The notes: generated from the sequence alone by a model not told the origin. A stretch of DNA of 64,000 nt from Parcubacteria group bacterium (GCA_041674205.1 JBAYWF010000001.1:149003-213002), one strand, 5' to 3'; positions 8,261 to 17,716 are shown, numbered from the stretch's first letter. Program-made: numbers and translations.

Positions 8261-9442
8261 ATGAAAAAAATGATCAAAAGCGGGCTCATCGTGCTTGCGG
8301 TCGCTGCGATTGCCGGGTATGGAACATACTCGTTCTTCAGCGACACAGAAACATCGACGGGAAACAATTTTACCGCAGGAGAAATCGACCTGACCGTAAC
8401 CCATACTGACAGCGCTACGGACGGCGCTTGTACGTTTGACAATACATCAGGCGGACCGATTTTTAATTGTACCGATGTAAAACCTGGGGACGCAGGTGAA
8501 AGCACGTTGACATTCAACCTTACAAGCAACCCTGCTTGGGCATGTATGTATGTGGATAATGTCGTTGATAGCGATAATGGATGCAATGATCCGGAATTGG
8601 CCGCTGAATCAGTTTGTGCGGTAGATGGAAATGGTGAATTGGACGACGCTTTGATGCTTACTGTTTGGGTTGACGATGGGGTTGGAGGTGGAATAGTATG
8701 CAATAATATCCGAGACGGATCGGAACAAATAATTATAGAAGATCAGTCATTGAGCTCTTTCGTGTTACCAACAGGAGGCTATGTCCTTCCTATTTCAGAC
8801 GCGAGTGCCGATTCTATGATGGCTGATCCAGTCCAACCGGGTGACCATTGTGTCGGTGTCGCGTGGAGTGTCGATCCAACGGCAGGAAACGAAGTGCAGA
8901 CGGATAAATTAGGCGGTGATCTGACCTTCTATGTTGAACAGGCAAGAAACAATGATGGATTCACATGCGCGGCACATTTCACGCCTGCGGAAGGAGTGCA
9001 AACATTGACTCTTGAAAATGAGATACAGAATCCGACAGGACCTTGGACACCGATTACCGGTGACGGGATACAAGGAACATTAGCTTGGCAAGGAGATGGA
9101 GATACATTTGATTACACTCTAGCTGCGCAAGGATTACCCGCTAATTCATCATACAGTTTGATTTATTATGCTGATCCTTACCCAGGTAATAATCCAGGTA
9201 AATTAATCGGAACACACATGACCGATGGAGGTGGCAACATCAATGCTGCTGGAAATCCAGATCTAGGAATGGATTTGCCAGATCCTGCAGATGCTAACTT
9301 CGGGACTGGTGCTAAGATTTGGTTGATTCCAAGCAGTGCATATGATGCTGCGAGCAGTAGTATCATTTCTTGGACACCAGATACTACTACCTGGTTGTTC
9401 GAAGGTAATGTTTACATCCATTACAACGATACGAATAACTAA
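8261..9442 (+). CDS. TasA/camelysin-like secreted protein with SipW-cognate signal peptide (paralog 1)
   Basis: The N-terminus AIAGYGTYSFFSDTETSTGNNFTAGEIDL resembles the B. subtilis TasA signal/cleavage region (TWAAFNDIKSKDATFASGTLDL). It shares internal motifs VKPGDAGE...AWACM and ADLTFYVEQARNN with paralog 2. Confidence 0.7.
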   Translation: MKKMIKSGLIVLAVAAIAGYGTYSFFSDTETSTGNNFTAGEIDLTVTHTDSATDGACTFDNTSGGPIFNCTDVKPGDAGESTLTFNLTSNPAWACMYVDNVVDSDNGCNDPELAAESVCAVDGNGELDDALMLTVWVDDGVGGGIVCNNIRDGSEQIIIEDQSLSSFVLPTGGYVLPISDASADSMMADPVQPGDHCVGVAWSVDPTAGNEVQTDKLGGDLTFYVEQARNNDGFTCAAHFTPAEGVQTLTLENEIQNPTGPWTPITGDGIQGTLAWQGDGDTFDYTLAAQGLPANSSYSLIYYADPYPGNNPGKLIGTHMTDGGGNINAAGNPDLGMDLPDPADANFGTGAKIWLIPSSAYDAASSSIISWTPDTTTWLFEGNVYIHYNDTNN

Positions 9443-9553
9443 ACAAGATGTAGTCTTTCACTTCCGCTCATTTTCAAAATGGGCGGGAGAATAAAGATCT
9501 AAGGATAATTAATTACTTGCATAAGTAAGTACCTAAGTAAGTATTAAAACAAT

Positions 9554-10897
9554 ATGGTGAAAATATTGAAAAGCCTTACAATCGTCATTGCCATCGCGGC
9601 CATCGCGGGGGGAGCATCCTATTCGTTTTTCTCCGACACGGAAACGTCGACTGGCAATATGTTCACGGCGGGGGTTATCAATTTAAAAATTGATAATTCA
9701 AGTTATGCCATAGATTCTGTTATTCCTGGGTTTGATGATCCGGTGGGAGATTTGGTTGCGAGTCCGCACAATACCTGGTCCTATGACAACCTCACCGATC
9801 AACTATTTTTCAATTTTGAAGATTTGAAACCGGGGGATATAGGGGAAGACACGATCGGTTTGCAAGTTTCCAGTAATGACGCTTGGGCGTGCATGAAGGT
9901 GGACATAACGGACACTCCTGAAAATGATTTGATAGATCCGGAAGCGGAAGCGGGGGACAAGACGGAAAAGAACGGGGAGCTTCAAGATGAGCTAAGTTTC
10001 GCTTTTTGGGCGGATGACGGGGACAATGTATATGAAGATGAGGAAGTCATGCTTGACGACGGCAATCCAGGCATATTTTTAGAAGGAAAAGCCGCGGATA
10101 TTTTCAAAAATAAATTTATTACGCTGGCTGATTCAACGACTGATGTGTGGCCTGGCGGCAATGGACATCCGATAATTGCAGGCGAAAATTATTATATTGC
10201 TAAGGTTTGGTGCTTTGGAGAATTGACCCCGGCACCTGTCTCATCCGGAGATGGAGATCCTCTCCATCGCGGAACCGGATTTTTATGTGATGGAGACTCA
10301 GTTTCCAGCGCGTCTCAAACGGATGGGATAAAAGCGGATGTGACGTTTTATTCGGAACAAGCCAGGAACAATCCGCAGTTCGTTTGTTATCAGCAGGAGT
10401 GTTCGGCTGATGCTGTCTATACGTCAGAGGTCGTAAGTAATATCCAAGGCACGCTTAATGACGGTAGTCCCGTCATTGATCCGGATCGGACTGACCCGGA
10501 TGAAGCCAATGGTCCGCCGGATTGGGTTAGCGGAACCGGTACGAACTTTTATAGTCTGGGTAAGGATGGGACGGTGACTTTGAAATTTGCCGATATGGTC
10601 GGCAATGGTAATGGAAATGACCTCGCTGTCTATGAAGTGACCAATGGGCGCGATTCATATCCGCTGGAAAGTGCGGATGTGGAAGTGAGTCTCAATGGAA
10701 AGACTTGGTATCCTGTCGGCGTAGCTACGAGTGAACCTGGTGGGGATGGCGTTTCATATTTTGACATATCTTCCACCCCTCTTTCAATGTTCAAATATGT
10801 AAGACTGGCTGATTCGACTGATTTCTCTTTGCACAACAGTATTTCCGACGGGTTTGACTTGGATGCGGTTGGCGCTATCTACGGGGAATGTGAATAA
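9554..10897 (+). CDS. TasA/camelysin-like secreted protein with SipW-cognate signal peptide (paralog 2)
   Basis: N-terminus AIAGGASYSFFSDTETSTGNMFTAGVINL, plus LKPGDIGEDTIGL...AWACMKVD and ADVTFYSEQARNN motifs. Confidence 0.7.
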   Translation: MVKILKSLTIVIAIAAIAGGASYSFFSDTETSTGNMFTAGVINLKIDNSSYAIDSVIPGFDDPVGDLVASPHNTWSYDNLTDQLFFNFEDLKPGDIGEDTIGLQVSSNDAWACMKVDITDTPENDLIDPEAEAGDKTEKNGELQDELSFAFWADDGDNVYEDEEVMLDDGNPGIFLEGKAADIFKNKFITLADSTTDVWPGGNGHPIIAGENYYIAKVWCFGELTPAPVSSGDGDPLHRGTGFLCDGDSVSSASQTDGIKADVTFYSEQARNNPQFVCYQQECSADAVYTSEVVSNIQGTLNDGSPVIDPDRTDPDEANGPPDWVSGTGTNFYSLGKDGTVTLKFADMVGNGNGNDLAVYEVTNGRDSYPLESADVEVSLNGKTWYPVGVATSEPGGDGVSYFDISSTPLSMFKYVRLADSTDFSLHNSISDGFDLDAVGAIYGECE

Positions 10898-10944
10898 TCA
10901 TTGCTAAATAGGTGTCCCATTGCGTGTTATAAAAATATATCTCA

Positions 10945-12027
10945 ATGAGTAAAATTCTAACAAGATTTTCTAGAAACCTGATTATAGCCATTTTTATTTT
11001 AGCTATGGGGGGATATGAGACGTATGCTTGTGTCGTGCAAGGCAAGGAGCCTTTTTGGCATAACTTTCCCGATAAGAAATTGGATTTGGAGATAAGTTAT
11101 GCCGGATATTATAATAAGGATGCCGACAACCATCCTAATGCGGGAAGCTGGCGGCAACAGGACCTGACTACGCAGAAATTTTTTGATTTCTATGATATCA
11201 AACCGGGCGATTTCGGTGAGGGCACAATCGGTTTGCGCCTCAAACACCAAGACGCTTGGGGTTGTGCTACCATCCGTCCGACCGAAAACGATGATAACGG
11301 CTCCACTGAACCGGAATTGCTCGAGGATGCGCAAAATGCGGCAGCTGATAAATGGGATGGCGAGTTGGCGAAAAAAATTAATTTTAAGATCTGGGCCGAT
11401 GTTTGTTCGAAAAGATATGTGAAAGCGGGCGATAACGTTTTTCAGCCTGATTGCGATCGGCTTATAACCAGCGGTACCGGTCCGTTGCAGGAGCTTAACT
11501 TGGTTTTGGCTGACGCTGAAAATCCGAATGTTTTCAATGGGAATATAGGACCGCTCAAAAAAAACAAAAACTATTATATAGGCGTAGATTGGAATATCGA
11601 TTCGGATGTCGGCAATATCATCCAAACTGATTCATATAAGGCAGACATAACTTTTTTTGTCCAGCAGTCGGACGGCAACCAGGACTTCCGTTGCGCGGAT
11701 ATCCGTAATGATGATCCGGATAAATGCGCGGATGGCGCCATACGCAATTGTTATTCAGGTGATTTCGATAAAATCGATATCGGCATCTGTCGAAGCGGGA
11801 CTGAAGCTTGCGTTCAAGGAAATTGGGGAAATTGTTCCGGAGAGATTTTACCTGACAAGGAAATCTGCAAAGACAATCTGGATAACGACTGTGACGGGCA
11901 AATCAATAAAGGATGCCCGCCGATATGCCAGCGCGTGAGTGATTGCGATGACCACAATTCAAAAACCGATGACAACTGCGTGAACAAAGAATGCGTGCAT
12001 GCGGAGAAAAAGAACTTAAAGCGGTAA
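10945..12027 (+). CDS. TasA-like paralog 3 with C-terminal Cys-rich MopE-like putative metal-binding domain
   Basis: Shares IKPGDFGEGTIGL...AWGCATI and ADITFFVQQSDGN with paralogs 1 and 2. It has a different hydrophobic N-terminus. The C-terminal ~110 aa carry about 16 Cys, including CKDNLDNDCDGQINKGC (a C-x-DG-x-DNDCDG signature). Confidence 0.6.
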   Translation: MSKILTRFSRNLIIAIFILAMGGYETYACVVQGKEPFWHNFPDKKLDLEISYAGYYNKDADNHPNAGSWRQQDLTTQKFFDFYDIKPGDFGEGTIGLRLKHQDAWGCATIRPTENDDNGSTEPELLEDAQNAAADKWDGELAKKINFKIWADVCSKRYVKAGDNVFQPDCDRLITSGTGPLQELNLVLADAENPNVFNGNIGPLKKNKNYYIGVDWNIDSDVGNIIQTDSYKADITFFVQQSDGNQDFRCADIRNDDPDKCADGAIRNCYSGDFDKIDIGICRSGTEACVQGNWGNCSGEILPDKEICKDNLDNDCDGQINKGCPPICQRVSDCDDHNSKTDDNCVNKECVHAEKKNLKR

Positions 12028-12050
12028 CACATAAGATAATATGAAAAGAT

Positions 12051-12707
12051 ATGCTAGATAAAATTTTTAAAATTTTAAAAAATCTCATTTGGACTGCAAT
12101 CGTCGCATTTCTGATTTTGATCGGCATAACATTCATTCCGATCAAAGGAAATTACAAGGTTTATACGGTACAATCAGGTTCGATGGAGCCAGCTATCCAT
12201 ACCGGCAGTTTGATTTTTGTCAAAAGCCAGGAGGATTACAACGTCGGTGACATTGTAACGCGGGCGACCAAAGATCCAAGAGTGACTGTCACGCATCGTA
12301 TCATTTCTAAAAAAACGGAAGGTAGTAAGGTAGTATTTGAAACCAAAGGAGATGCTAATGAGGATCCAGATAGGGAAAGCGTAAGCCAAGATAGGATTAT
12401 CGGCAAGGAATTTTTTCAGATACCGTATATCGGTTATCCAGTCGGATATGCTCGGACGATGCCAGGATTCATCATTCTTATAATTATCCCAGCTGTAATT
12501 ATCGTTTATGAAGAGATTAGGAAAATCAAAGAAGAAATCGTGAATATTTGGAAAAAGAAAAATGGGAAAGAAGATCTGCCTGCGGAAGATCATTTATTGG
12601 AAAAGAAATATGTTCGGGTGTCGAGAGAAGATAATATCTCAAATATAAGTTTTGAAACTAAGGAAAATCAGACTAAGAAAGAAAAAATCAGTCGGAAAAA
12701 AAGATAA
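12051..12707 (+). CDS. sipW: signal peptidase I, archaeal/eukaryotic type (SipW-like, S26B)
   Basis: N-terminal TM anchor, catalytic Ser motif VQSGSMEPAI, conserved His in VTHRIIS, and KGDANEDPD box. It has a Lys-rich C-terminal tail. Confidence 0.8.
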   Translation: MLDKIFKILKNLIWTAIVAFLILIGITFIPIKGNYKVYTVQSGSMEPAIHTGSLIFVKSQEDYNVGDIVTRATKDPRVTVTHRIISKKTEGSKVVFETKGDANEDPDRESVSQDRIIGKEFFQIPYIGYPVGYARTMPGFIILIIIPAVIIVYEEIRKIKEEIVNIWKKKNGKEDLPAEDHLLEKKYVRVSREDNISNISFETKENQTKKEKISRKKR

Positions 12708-12722
12708 TTCTTTTAAGGAGGT

Positions 12723-13181
12723 TTGCGCGGGCCATATAAAAAACATTCAAATATGAAAGAGATTTACAAATCATTGGCACGGATTTCCATCGTAACCTTT
12801 CTGGTTGTTTTTTTCTTTGATATGAATCGTATTATTGGCACTAATTCTTCTTTTGGTGATATGGAATTGTCTTCAGATAATTCGTTTGTTGCTGGAAAGT
12901 GGGAGGAAAAAACAGATGCCATACTCAAAATCAAAGATCTTAGTTTGCCTGAAGATAAATTGGACACGGTAATTTTTCCTACGATAAGCGAGCAAGTTGA
13001 CAGTCCGCTATCTGAGCCGTCCTTGCCTGTGGATGATGATGTTTATGCTCAAGAAGAGGTTCCCAATGAAGAGGTTCAGAGTGTTCTTGATGCTGAAGAT
13101 CCGGTAGAACAGGAGCAACCTTTGCCATCGGATGAGTCGGACGCTCCGGCTGTGGATGGAGAGGAACAGGAATCATTGTGA
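12723..13181 (+). CDS. small SipW-cognate secreted protein with acidic C-terminal tail (TapA-like accessory candidate)
   Basis: TM/signal segment then GTNSSFGDMELSSDNSFVAG, the same motif class as the TasA-like N-termini. The C-terminal half is strongly acidic (D/E/P-rich). Start is uncertain: TTG at 12723 or ATG at 12753. Confidence 0.5.
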   Translation: MRGPYKKHSNMKEIYKSLARISIVTFLVVFFFDMNRIIGTNSSFGDMELSSDNSFVAGKWEEKTDAILKIKDLSLPEDKLDTVIFPTISEQVDSPLSEPSLPVDDDVYAQEEVPNEEVQSVLDAEDPVEQEQPLPSDESDAPAVDGEEQESL

Positions 13182-13367
13182 TAAACACTTGTGATGTAAT
13201 CCAGGATATTTATTCAATGGGAAGTGGATAGGATGGGACTGCTACAATAATCGGCAATCAATGCCGTTTTTTTGTTTTTTACGCTTTTATTGACAAACCA
13301 ATCCGGTTGGGATAGCTTGGAAGCAACCAATAAAATCAAAATACAACTTAAATAAGGGAGGAGCCAG

Positions 13368-14561
13368 ATGAAAGGGATCGAAAGGATCTATTGTGATTTT
13401 GCGGTTCAGACCGTTTTGGGCGCCGCATTGGATTTGATGCGGACTCCCGTGGCGGAGGTTATCAGCAAGCAAAAAATCGGTAAAAGGGACACTTTAGGAA
13501 TGGACGCCGTGCCGGAAAACAGCATCCGTGAAGCGGTCGATGGGTTTTTTATCAATCCGGTGTTGGTGACTGAAGAAACGGACCACATCACCCGGACGTA
13601 TTGGCCGGAAGATTCCGATCCTGACAAACAACCATTGATGTTCTTTGCCGATCCGATGGATCGGTCGACCAAATTCGGGCGTTTTCTGAAACATTTTCCG
13701 GCCACTTGCGGAAAAAGCGAAATCGATTTGGTCGGTGATGTGATCGCTTCTCCGGAAGCGGCCGGGTATTGGGAGAGGGAAATCGACAGCATCTCGCCGA
13801 TTATGATTTCCGGCGCGACTATCGCCCTGACTTGCGTGAACCGGGGTAACATAGTCGTTTCCGCGGTTATGAATATTATGACCCGGACGATTTTCGTCGC
13901 TTGTCCTAGCGGAGTATATTCATTCCAAATTTGCGGGGATATGGATCAGATGGGCAAAATCCACTCCGCTATCAACCTGCGGATGGTTGAACGGCGGGGT
14001 AAAAAAATCCATTTCGGGTTCAACAAAAACAGATGCAAAATCAGGGATGATTTTATCCGGTTCGTATCCTATGTCGGCAACGCCGATTATGTGGATAATC
14101 TGTCCGGTAGCGGCATTTTGCCGGACTACCAGTCCCATTTGTACCACGATTGTCCCGGCGGTCCCTCAAGGATCCTGTTCCTGTCCGATTTCCAGCCTGT
14201 TGACTTGCCGATCGGATTTATTTTGGCGAACGGGGAGAAAATCGGCGAGTGGATCCATTGGTTGGCGTACGTCAAATTCGCCAAGGACGCCCAGGGTAGG
14301 AACCTCTTCAATATTTATGAAGTCACCCTGGTGCACCCGTGCACGAACAACAGCATCTTAATGTCACCGTTGCCGCCGTATTCGATTTTCCGGCACAAAA
14401 GCAATAGTGCCAGAAGTTCGTTTCTGAATCTCAGCCGCCTGCGCGATTTGGATCGGCCGAGCAATTTCCGGTCGACGGTTATCGTGACCAGGGCTGACAA
14501 CATCCATGTGAAGAACATTATGTATGGCAAAGGCTTCCACGAAATCAGCGCGTCGCTTTGA
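13368..14561 (+). CDS. hypothetical protein (weak inositol-monophosphatase/FIG-superfamily-like motifs)
   Basis: Good RBS (AAGGGAGGAG then ATG). VLVTEETDH and FFADPMDRSTKF resemble the IMPase metal-binding gEE and DPxDg[ST] motifs. The third WD..AG motif was not found. Confidence 0.45.
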   Translation: MKGIERIYCDFAVQTVLGAALDLMRTPVAEVISKQKIGKRDTLGMDAVPENSIREAVDGFFINPVLVTEETDHITRTYWPEDSDPDKQPLMFFADPMDRSTKFGRFLKHFPATCGKSEIDLVGDVIASPEAAGYWEREIDSISPIMISGATIALTCVNRGNIVVSAVMNIMTRTIFVACPSGVYSFQICGDMDQMGKIHSAINLRMVERRGKKIHFGFNKNRCKIRDDFIRFVSYVGNADYVDNLSGSGILPDYQSHLYHDCPGGPSRILFLSDFQPVDLPIGFILANGEKIGEWIHWLAYVKFAKDAQGRNLFNIYEVTLVHPCTNNSILMSPLPPYSIFRHKSNSARSSFLNLSRLRDLDRPSNFRSTVIVTRADNIHVKNIMYGKGFHEISASL

Positions 14562-14629
14562 TCGAACGGATCGCTATGCGTAACCCGTCCTGTTTTTTTC
14601 TCAGGGCGGGTTATTTTATTTCAAACGAA

Positions 14630-14661
14630 AAAAGATGGCGGGAAGCCATCTTATTTTTTGC
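14630..14661. terminator. bidirectional rho-independent terminator between convergent genes
   Basis: aagatggc-ggga-gccatctt 8-bp stem flanked by A-run and T-run. A second hairpin with T-tract lies at 14583-14620. Confidence 0.5.
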
Positions 14662-14679
14662 GGAAATTAACTTTTTCTT

Positions 14680-15804
14680 CTAATCAGTCGGGTCGATCAG
14701 TTCCAGATTGCGCGTGTGCCAATTCAGGACGGCCGTTTTTTTGACCATCAACTTGAACATATCAGGATGTTCCTTTTGGATGACCTCGGAAGCATATTGG
14801 CTTAAAAATTGCGACTTCAATTCGGCTCGGGCTTTGTCCACGCCGATTTCCGAATAGGGGGCCGAAGTCAGAAGCAGGAAGCCGTCCTTGGGGATCATCC
14901 CGCGCTCCATATTTGATTTGATGATGCCGGCCGCGGTCTTGATCGGTCCGCTGATGTCGGGACTGTATGGTCCGATGATGAGCGCGATGTTGGGCACGTG
15001 CAAAAAGTCGAAACCGCGTCCGATGCAAATGATCCATTCGCGATGCACCGAATCCAGTTCCAAATTCCGGTGGGCGTTGCGGATGTCGGCGATGTGTTCG
15101 ATGTTGCCGGTGACCAGCGGCAACAAATCGCGCAACACTTGGTCGGGCATATCCGGATACATCGCGCGCAATTTGTTGGTCAGGAATTCTTTGGATGGGT
15201 CCGTGCTTTCAGCCAGATTGAAAATTTCTTTGTTTTCCCCGTCGTGGAGGATTATCGCGTCTTCGTCGGTTTCGATTCCGCAAATCAACGGATAGACAGC
15301 CTGGTGGTTTTGGCCGAAAATATATTCCGCTTGCTTTTTGACTTCGAAAACGTGCTTGACGGCGGCAGCGCAATCATATTGGAAGCCGGCGCATCCCCGG
15401 TGTCCGTCGCCTTTGGAATAGTGGTAGGTGATGATCATCAGGACCCGGCGGGAATCTTCGATGGCGGCATTGACCGTGTTATAGAGCACTTCGCCCAGAT
15501 ACGGCCAGCCCAAATCGAACATTCCGCCGATATTGCGGAAAGGCTTGATGATACCCAGGGGGGTCTTGGTCGCGTAGGGCAGGTGGATCCGGCCGTCCAT
15601 ACATTTTAAAGCGATTATCATCGTCGGATGTTTGGCGGAATATCTTTTGCGGGAAAGATAGGCATCGGAAGAACAGTAGGCATCGGAATGTTTTTTGCTC
15701 AAATCCAAGAGCCAGTCGATCCGTTCCTGGATCGGCATATGGTAGATATCCGCTTCGCGGGCATCGATGTATTTATTGATTTCCTTCATATAGGTGGATT
15801 GCAA
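14680..15804 (-). CDS. hypothetical protein with beta-carbonic-anhydrase-like zinc-ligand motifs
   Basis: LKCMDGRIH (C68-x-D70-x-R72) and HRGCAG (H135-x-x-C138) match the beta-CA signature CxDxR...HxxC with similar spacing (67 versus about 60 residues). A 170-aa C-terminal extension is unassigned. Confidence 0.45.
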   Translation of the reverse strand: MQSTYMKEINKYIDAREADIYHMPIQERIDWLLDLSKKHSDAYCSSDAYLSRKRYSAKHPTMIIALKCMDGRIHLPYATKTPLGIIKPFRNIGGMFDLGWPYLGEVLYNTVNAAIEDSRRVLMIITYHYSKGDGHRGCAGFQYDCAAAVKHVFEVKKQAEYIFGQNHQAVYPLICGIETDEDAIILHDGENKEIFNLAESTDPSKEFLTNKLRAMYPDMPDQVLRDLLPLVTGNIEHIADIRNAHRNLELDSVHREWIICIGRGFDFLHVPNIALIIGPYSPDISGPIKTAAGIIKSNMERGMIPKDGFLLLTSAPYSEIGVDKARAELKSQFLSQYASEVIQKEHPDMFKLMVKKTAVLNWHTRNLELIDPTD

Positions 15805-15937
15805 TAATATTAGCGTGCTGTTTCAAAGTATAGTTCTTGGACCGGCAAAGTCAATATTGGACAAGCCGTTCCGGATTATGATAAAATTGCCACTTGATAT
15901 GGCAGCTTAACAATAAAATCAGACCGGTGGGGTACAT

Positions 15938-16393
15938 ATGTTGAAATCGAGACTTGTTAAATTGGGAGCGGATAAAAAAAGTTTCGCGATTGTCAGACGT
16001 GATATGGCGGAACTGCCGAATGGCATACTCGAAGCGGAAAGCATATTGTGGAATCTTTGGGATGTCGGGGTGAAATTCGGCCAAGAATATCCCAGTGGCA
16101 TACGGTTCAATGCCGAACCTTTGATTCTGGATCTGTATGATTTTCGCGGTGCCCGGAATAGCAACTTCGGATTTTCAGTCGGGCGGGCGGATAAGATCGG
16201 AACCGTGGCCCGGATACTGATGTTCGAATTGGTGAACGGTATGCAGGTTTTTTGGGATTCGGGGTTGGAAATTCCGGAAGTCCGGCAAGTCATCGAGGAG
16301 ATCGACGCGTATGCGGACTCGCAAAGCCTGATTAAAAATGACATCCGGCTGATGGATTACAACGGTGCTTTCGGGGTGAGGGACGCGGAATGA
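15938..16393 (+). CDS. hypothetical protein
   Basis: 151-aa ORF with a GGTGGGG RBS-like string. I recognise no family. Confidence 0.4.
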   Translation: MLKSRLVKLGADKKSFAIVRRDMAELPNGILEAESILWNLWDVGVKFGQEYPSGIRFNAEPLILDLYDFRGARNSNFGFSVGRADKIGTVARILMFELVNGMQVFWDSGLEIPEVRQVIEEIDAYADSQSLIKNDIRLMDYNGAFGVRDAE

Positions 16394-16616
16394 ATTTTTC
16401 CGGAAAAATCGCCTATGTTTCAAAAAAACATAGGCGCAAAAAAGGGTGGCTGGTCATTGACCGATCACCCTTGTTTTATCAGGGCGGGTTTGACAAAAAC
16501 CGCGAAACGGGCAATCATAGGCGTAACGTAAAACAGCGGCTCTTTGAAATATAGGCGGGCTCCGAAAAATCGGAGGCTTTTTTTGTAGCATTCAAAAAGA
16601 AAAGAAAGGAGAAGAA

Positions 16617-17507
16617 ATGAAGACCGTAGTAGAAACAAACTTTGATGATCTGCATCTGCTCCATCGTGGCAAGGTCCGCGATCTCTATGAAGTAGAAGAT
16701 AAATTGCTTATGGTGGCGACCGACCGCATCTCCGCCTTTGACGTGGTGATGAATGAGCCTATCCCCAACAAGGGGGTGGTGCTGACCAGCCTTTCCTTGT
16801 TCTGGTTCGATTATCTGCGGGATATCGTGCCCAACCATCTCATCTCCGCTGATCCGGCTCAATATCCCGCCGTCTGCGCCTCCTACTGCGAACAGCTTGA
16901 AGGGCGGAGTATGTTGGTGAAAAAAGCCAAACCCCTGCCCGTGGAATGCATTGTCCGGGGCTATCTGTCCGGTTCATTCTGGAAGTCCTACCGGGAGAAC
17001 CCCACGGTCTGTGGTTTTGCCCTGCCGGCCGGCCTGCAAGAATCGGAAAAACTGCCGGAAATCCTCTTCACCCCCTCCACCAAAGCGGAGCTGGGGACCC
17101 ATGATGAGAACATCTCGCTTGATCGGATGGCGGAGATGGTTGGGCGGCAGGAAACGGAAAAAATCGCTTCCATTTGCAAGCGGTTATACAGTAAGGCCGC
17201 CGATTATGCCCGCAAGCGTGGCATCATCATCGCCGATACGAAATTCGAACTGGGTTGGTATGAGGGCGAGCTGATCCTCATCGATGAGGTGCTCACCCCG
17301 GACTCATCCCGCTTTTGGCCGGCATATGATTATGTGGTCGGCCGGGGGCAGGCTAGTTTCGACAAACAGTTCTTGCGGGACTATCTCCTCACTCTTGATT
17401 GGTGGCCGCAGACCCCGCCGGCTCCACCTCTCCCATTTGATGTGATTGAGAGAACCATGGAATGTTACAGTGACGCCTGTGAATGGTTGACGGGCCGAAC
17501 TATGTAG
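16617..17507 (+). CDS. purC: phosphoribosylaminoimidazole-succinocarboxamide synthase (SAICAR synthetase)
   Basis: LHRGKVRDLYEV, MVATDRISAFD and IIIADTKFELG signature regions. RBS AAAGGAGAAGAA. Confidence 0.92.
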   Translation: MKTVVETNFDDLHLLHRGKVRDLYEVEDKLLMVATDRISAFDVVMNEPIPNKGVVLTSLSLFWFDYLRDIVPNHLISADPAQYPAVCASYCEQLEGRSMLVKKAKPLPVECIVRGYLSGSFWKSYRENPTVCGFALPAGLQESEKLPEILFTPSTKAELGTHDENISLDRMAEMVGRQETEKIASICKRLYSKAADYARKRGIIIADTKFELGWYEGELILIDEVLTPDSSRFWPAYDYVVGRGQASFDKQFLRDYLLTLDWWPQTPPAPPLPFDVIERTMECYSDACEWLTGRTM

Positions 17508-17536
17508 TTTTCTGTGCGGCTTCCTTGGCCTCGTTG

Positions 17537-17595
17537 CGACATTATGTCCTTACACTAGCGTGTGTATGGACGTCGCGGCGAGGCTTTTTTTAATC
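17537..17595 (+). terminator. putative terminator after purC
   Basis: ggcctcgttgcgac...gtcgcggcgaggc long stem with a large loop, followed by ttttttt. Confidence 0.35.
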
Positions 17596-17716
17596 TTTTT
17601 CATAATTAAGCCGGTTATGGCACAAAAAACGATCCAAGCTTGTACTAAGGCAATGGAACTAGGGCGGCCGGTTTTTGAAAAGGCGGCCAAAGTTTGTGAT
17701 TATGATAAATATAAAT

